Source: Flammeovirgaceae bacterium BBD 1991-12 (GTDB lineage: Bacteria; Bacteroidota; Bacteroidia; Cytophagales; Cyclobacteriaceae). From it: a DNA stretch of 64,000 nucleotides. Position numbers and translations under genes: made by a program. Each line of letters begins with the position of its first letter. Position 1 is the stretch's first letter. The notes beneath the pieces are model-generated. The model did not search any database. It saw nothing but the letters and a program-made list of their open reading frames with translations, and was not told where the DNA came from. Positions 58,968 to 64,000 of the stretch are shown piece after piece. Location of the stretch: the NCBI GenBank assembly GCA_001657315.1, contig LYSV01000022.1, forward strand, positions 1,309 through 65,308, given 5' to 3'.

Positions 58968-59606
58968 CTATTCATCATCTATTAAGAACTCTTTAATGTC
59001 CTTGAAATTTTTTGATTCTTTATGAAACGCTTTAAATGCTTCTATCCCACCAAACCAATTGAGCACAGCTTTTCTGTTTAAAGACGTTGGGGCCGAGCTG
59101 ATGGTGGAGTTATATGATGAAAAACGCCATTCTGTATAATCATCAACAAACCCGTGATGGATTGGATTATTATGAACATAATGAATGACACGGGTCAGAT
59201 ATTCATCCGCTCCGATCTCTATTCGTTTAAACCGTTTTTCGAAAAGGCTGCCTTTTCTTTTTTGTTGTTTATTGAAAGCCAGTGCATAGCTCATAAAAAG
59301 TTTTCTGAACTGCTCTTCCAATAAGTTATTAACCATGTTTGTAGGTTCAACCTTACTAAGCCTCGAAGGCTTAGTAAGGCTTTTGGCTGCTGTGCTGTCG
59401 TCACAATTAATCCAAATCACGAAATGAAAATGGTTAGGCATTAAACACCACGCGAGTGTTCCGGCATATGGTGAAATGTATTTTTTCCGCTGTCTTAGGA
59501 AATAAAGGTAATTGTCATCATTCCTGTATAAGGCTTCACCATTATTACCACGGTTAAAAACGTGGTAGTATTTATCATACTCGAATTTAGCGTGGTAATG
59601 ATCCAT
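58968..59606 (-). CDS. REP-associated tyrosine transposase (RayT, IS200/IS605-like Y1 HUH enzyme)
   Basis: 212 aa with a HUH motif (PNHFHFVI), a catalytic-Tyr helix (VIHYVHNNPIHHG) and an N-terminal YHVFNRGN. It is flanked by related palindromes. Confidence 0.85.
   Translation of the reverse strand: MDHYHAKFEYDKYYHVFNRGNNGEALYRNDDNYLYFLRQRKKYISPYAGTLAWCLMPNHFHFVIWINCDDSTAAKSLTKPSRLSKVEPTNMVNNLLEEQFRKLFMSYALAFNKQQKRKGSLFEKRFKRIEIGADEYLTRVIHYVHNNPIHHGFVDDYTEWRFSSYNSTISSAPTSLNRKAVLNWFGGIEAFKAFHKESKNFKDIKEFLIDDE
59351..59379. repeat. REP-like palindrome inside the RayT coding sequence
   Basis: CCTTACTAAGCC-TCGAA-GGCTTAGTAAGG, the same arms as the flanking copies. The CDS reads through it as ..SLTKPSRLSKVEP.. 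Confidence 0.7.
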
Positions 59607-59643
59607 TGTTTTTTGCTACAGGTTAGGTGATGCTTCCTCGAAG

Positions 59644-59676
59644 AACCTCACTAAGCCTCGAAGGCTTAGTGAGGTT
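59644..59676. repeat. REP-like palindrome (upstream flank of RayT gene)
   Basis: AACCTCACTAAGCC-TCGAA-GGCTTAGTGAGGTT, with 14-bp arms. It differs from the other copies by a compensated T/C and A/G change. Confidence 0.7.
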
Positions 59677-59890
59677 GGGCCTGGGACCATGAGATTCTTC
59701 AATACGATCATAAAACTATCAATATCCATTTGAATTCTATGTCTAACTGCCCATTAATGGACACTTGAGTGTAGTATACATGGGCACTTTCTGTTTTTTC
59801 TTCAATAATTTTACTTATAAATGTTTGATTTTCAGTACTTTATACAAATGGCATTGCTTTTGACTACTATGGGATGAACACAGGAATATC

Positions 59891-62254
59891 ATGCTCTACA
59901 GTTATTTTAAAGTCATTCTCAGAAACATAAAAAAGAACAAGGTTTACACCTTTATCAATGTGACCGGTCTTTCAGTAGGCATAGCCTGTTGTTTGTTACT
60001 GACCTTGTATATCAGGCATGAGTGCAGCTATGACCGGTTCCATGTTAATGCTGACAGGATTTACCGGATAAACCTGATTGATGAGATAGAAGCAACGAGG
60101 GAAAGACACGCAGTTACGATCGCCGCTGCGGCGCCAGCCATGGTGGCGGAGTTGCCGGAGGTAAAGGCTTTTGTTCGGTTTTCCAATCCCCAGAAGGGTT
60201 TTTTAACGATGCAGGGTGAAACATTTGAATCCGAAGGCATCACCTACGTCGATTCTACACTTTTTGATGTATTTTCCTTTACCCTACTGGAAGGTAATCC
60301 TTCTGAGGCGTTTAAAAAGTCAAACTCCATCGTACTTACCAGGTCATTGGCGAAAAAGATATTTGGTGAGGAGGATGTGTTGGGAAAAAGTATCACCTAC
60401 AATCATGAAGATGATCTGCTGGTGACCGGAGTTATCGAGGATTTTCCAGCCAATTCCCAGTTGCAGTTCTCTGCGCTTATTTCCTTTACCACTCTGTCAA
60501 GCAAAAGGGTCTATTTGGGTTGGCGCGGAGGATGGGATTACTATTCCTATATTTTGCTCCAGGAAAATACCGATATCCCTGGCCTGAAGAAGAAATTTCA
60601 GCAGCTATTGGATGACAGGATGAACAGTTATGAACCACCTGAAGATGTTTACTCCGGAGATCTGGAACCACTAACGGATATACATCTCTATTCGGAAGTA
60701 TCGTATGATCTGGATACGAGGGGTAGCCTCACGGATGTCATTATCTTTTCAGGTATCGCTATTATTGTACTAATACTGGCGTGTGTCAATTTCATCAATT
60801 TAAGTACTGCACAGGTTGCCAAAAGAGTGAAGGAGATCGGAGTTCGAAAGGTGGTCGGATCCACCAGGGTGCAGTTGATCGTACAGTTTTTGCTGGAGTC
60901 TGTTGTAGTGGCTACGGTTTCTTTTTTGATCGCAATAGAGCTGGTATCCACCTTTCAGTACGATTTTGCTGCATTGCTGGGTACGAATTTTGATATTTGG
61001 GATATGTCCGGCCTGTCTATAGTTGGCCTGGGCTTTTTGACGGTTTTAATGGTAGGCGTATTATCCGGAAGTTATCCGGCCTTCTACCTCTCCTCTTTCC
61101 GTCCCGTTCGGATTTTGAAGGGGCATTTTTCCGGGGGTGGTATTTCCGGCTTTAACAGGTCTCTGCTTACTTTCCAGTTCATTATTTCCGTAGCCCTCAT
61201 CATTTGTACTCTCATCATTTACCGTCAGTTGGATTTTATCCGGAATAAGGAGCTGGGTTATCAAACGGAAAATGTGATCGTGATCCCACTGGTGAGCCAC
61301 GACGTAAGAGCCCGATTTCAGTTAATAAAGGAGAAGCTGGGTCGTTTGCCAGGAGTACTTGGTTCAGGAGCCTCGTCACAGGTACCCGGCAGGGGTTTCA
61401 CCTCCAATGGTTATCTGCCCGAAGGGGTCGAAGACTTTATGATGTTCAATGTGCTGGATGTTGATCCTGATTTTTTATCCACCCTGTCAATAGATGTACT
61501 CGAGGGGCGTAATTTTTCCAATGAATTCATTTCCGATTCCAATGCCTACCTGGTAAATCAATCGTTGGCCGAAAAGCTGGGATGGTCCGAAGCTGTGGGC
61601 AAGTTCATAGGGAGGAACGGAAAGCATGAGATTATTGGTGTGGTGGAAGACTTTCACTTTTCCACATTGCACCATCCTATTGCTCCCCTAGTACTGACAC
61701 TATACCCCTTTGAAGGATATCGCTACCTGTCCGTAAGGATAGCCGGTGCAAATGTCAGAGGCACGCTGGCCGGCATAGAAGAGCAGTGGAACCAGCTTTT
61801 CTTTCACGAGCCATTCACATTCAGGTTCCTGGATGAGAATCTCAATACTCTCTATCTCAAGGAGGAATCTTTCCGTCAACTGTTCCTTTTGTTCTCGCTG
61901 ATCGCGATCGTTATCGCTACTCTGGGGTTATATGGTCTTGTTTCGCTTACCCTGCAACAGCGGATCAAGGAAATAGGGATAAGAAAAGTTCTGGGCGCCA
62001 GTATTTCCAGCATCATCATGTTGCTATCAAGGGATTTTTTCACACGATTGTTACTGGCTAATCTGATCGCGTGGCCTCTTGCATGGTTTGGCATGTCGAA
62101 CTGGCTCAGGACCTTTAGCTATCATACAGATATATCGTGGCTGAGCTTTATCTCAGGAGCCCTGCTGTTGTTCACTCTCACGCTTATTACCATTCTGGTA
62201 CGATCATTCAGGTCTGTAAATGCCAGTCCTGTTGATTATTTAAGAAGCGAATAG
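59891..62254 (+). CDS. FtsX/MacB-like ABC transporter permease (two FtsX domains, MacB_PCD-type periplasmic domains)
   Basis: 787 aa with an N-terminal TM segment, a large extracytoplasmic domain, repeated 3-TM FtsX modules (KEIGVRKVVGS.., KEIGIRKVLGAS..) and a C-terminal SPVDYLRSE. Confidence 0.9.
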   Translation: MLYSYFKVILRNIKKNKVYTFINVTGLSVGIACCLLLTLYIRHECSYDRFHVNADRIYRINLIDEIEATRERHAVTIAAAAPAMVAELPEVKAFVRFSNPQKGFLTMQGETFESEGITYVDSTLFDVFSFTLLEGNPSEAFKKSNSIVLTRSLAKKIFGEEDVLGKSITYNHEDDLLVTGVIEDFPANSQLQFSALISFTTLSSKRVYLGWRGGWDYYSYILLQENTDIPGLKKKFQQLLDDRMNSYEPPEDVYSGDLEPLTDIHLYSEVSYDLDTRGSLTDVIIFSGIAIIVLILACVNFINLSTAQVAKRVKEIGVRKVVGSTRVQLIVQFLLESVVVATVSFLIAIELVSTFQYDFAALLGTNFDIWDMSGLSIVGLGFLTVLMVGVLSGSYPAFYLSSFRPVRILKGHFSGGGISGFNRSLLTFQFIISVALIICTLIIYRQLDFIRNKELGYQTENVIVIPLVSHDVRARFQLIKEKLGRLPGVLGSGASSQVPGRGFTSNGYLPEGVEDFMMFNVLDVDPDFLSTLSIDVLEGRNFSNEFISDSNAYLVNQSLAEKLGWSEAVGKFIGRNGKHEIIGVVEDFHFSTLHHPIAPLVLTLYPFEGYRYLSVRIAGANVRGTLAGIEEQWNQLFFHEPFTFRFLDENLNTLYLKEESFRQLFLLFSLIAIVIATLGLYGLVSLTLQQRIKEIGIRKVLGASISSIIMLLSRDFFTRLLLANLIAWPLAWFGMSNWLRTFSYHTDISWLSFISGALLLFTLTLITILVRSFRSVNASPVDYLRSE

Positions 62255-62283
62255 CTACAGACAAAAATTCACAAACCCAGAAG

Positions 62284-64000
62284 AATGCTTAACAACTATT
62301 TAAAAATATTGCTTCGACAGGCCCTCAAGCACAAAGCTTATGTCATGATTAACGTACTGGGCCTGACGACAGCCCTCGTTTGCGGAGTGTTTGGCCTTGC
62401 CTATATTCTGGATGAATTATCTTATGACAGGTTCCACACAGAAAAAGACCATATTTTCCGGCTCTACAAGCGAAATGTAAGTATCAACGACGGTACAGAA
62501 AGATTGACGGCAGAAACCTCCGGTCTGATGGGCCCTACCATAGTTCAGGACTATCCGGAGGCTACCGGCTTTGTACGTGTATTGCCATGGTTTGATCAAG
62601 TGGTGCTTTCCCACGAAGAGAACCACATAAAAATTGATAACGCTGTTTTTGCTGACAGCTCATTCCTTGACTTTTTTGACTTCAGGCTTTTGCAGGGTGA
62701 TGTGTCCACAGCCTTAACGGCCCCTTCCTCCATGGTGCTTTCGGAAAGTCTGGCCCGCAATCTGTTTGGAGATACGGACCCCGTGGGACAGGTCGTGACC
62801 GGTCTGAGTGATATTGACTACAAGGTAACAGGAGTCATCGAGGATTGCCCTAAAAATTCCCATCTGCAATACGATGCTCTCATTTCATGGACTACCACCA
62901 TACCTGGCCACGGACCACTCTCATTCAGTTTTATGAATAACTGGCTGGGGCAGGTTGTGAATACTTACCTGATGCTTATCCCAAACACTGATCTTTCGTC
63001 TCTTGAGGCGAAATTCCCGAAAATGATGAAGACATATTTTCCTGAACGCGTGGGCAGTTACTTCCTCTACCTGCAGCCATTGACCGACGTATACCTTGGG
63101 TCGACCGAAATGACATCCAGTGAACGGGGCAGAAAAGTGGGTAACATGGTCTATGTAAAAGTGTTTGGGAGCATTTGCTTTTTCATACTGCTCATAGCCA
63201 TAGTGAATTATGTAAACATAAGTACTGCCAGAGCTACAAAGCGGGCCGGTGAGGTAGGAATGCGCAAGGTGTTGGGAGCAAACAGGAAACAGCTTTTTTT
63301 TCAGTTTCTGGGGGAGGCCCTGGTCTTATGTTTTATTTCCGGCCTTGTGGCCGTATTGCTGGTGGATGTGCTTCTACCGGTCTTTAATGAGATCTCAGGA
63401 AAGACCCTGAAGCTGTCAGATCTGCTTGACGGGCAGATCATCCCTGGCATGACAGGCATTGTCCTGTTCACCGGGATAGCCGCAGGTATCTATCCGGCCA
63501 TGGTACTGGCAGCGTGGCAACCGGCACATGTACTGAAAGCTTCGGCAAAAAGCAGACTGGCAGGGAATCTTCCACGGCAGATCCTCACCGTTTTTCAATT
63601 TGTTATCACCATAGGCCTGATCGCTTCTACACTGATGGTCAACGAGCAGACCCGGTTCATGCAAAACAGGGATCTGGGTTTTGACAAGGAAAGGACCATG
63701 GTCATTACCATAAGCAGCGATATTGAGGCCAGGTATCTTACTTTTCAAAAGGAAATCGAGGAACATCCTGAAATTTTGATGAGTTCTGTCTGTCAGGGTA
63801 CGGTGGGATCCGGCAATTTCGGGACCACCGCCATTCCGGAAGGACGGGAAGATCCGCTTAGTGTTCAGATATTCAGGTCCGATGCCAATTTTATCGCTAC
63901 GATGGGCATCCAAATGAAAGAGGGGCATCCTTTCAGAAAGTATTCATCCTCTGACAGCAATTCGCTCATCATCAACGAGACATTTGCAAAATTAATGGGC
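62284..64000 (+). CDS. FtsX/MacB-like ABC transporter permease, 3' end outside window
   Basis: It is not in the ORF track because it has no stop within the window. Hand translation from the ATG at 62284 gives MLNNYLKILLRQALKHKAYVMINVLGL... with GEVGMRKVLGANRKQ, paralogous to the preceding gene. Confidence 0.85.

Overview
This is a chromosomal segment with Bacteroidota hallmarks: a T9SS C-terminal sorting-domain protein, TonB-dependent receptor/DUF4249 pairs, ECF sigma/FecR modules and TAnnTTTG-like promoter boxes. Housekeeping genes (lpxH, ftsH, rsfS, birA, glsA, ahcY, crcB, an agmatinase, an ABC-F ATPase) and regulators surround a complete type I-B-like CRISPR-Cas locus on the minus strand (29803-39918). 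Its order is cas8b-cas7-cas5-cas3-[MM3350/PRiA4_ORF3-like gene]-cas6-cas1-cas2-cas4-leader-array, with 9 repeats of 37 bp. Most notable observations: (1) A solitary degenerate repeat 3' half lies upstream of cas8b. The spacer-like sequence after it matches the cas8b 5' region at 16 of its first 17 nt, with the mismatch at position 6, so it is a candidate crRNA-like autoregulatory RNA (CreR/CreA-type). (2) An uncharacterised MM3350-like gene is packed between cas3 and cas6. (3) A sharp compositional break separates an AT-rich effector module from a GC-typical cas6/adaptation module. (4) An aberrant tRNA-like element sits just downstream of the crRNA-like element. (5) Two inverted copies of a MITE-like element with 15-bp terminal inverted repeats bracket about 21.6 kb that includes the CRISPR locus. 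(6) A RayT-type transposase is flanked by REP hairpins and also contains one inside its CDS. (7) A heptanucleotide tandem repeat lies in a divergent promoter region. All function calls come from motif recognition by eye; no database search was possible.
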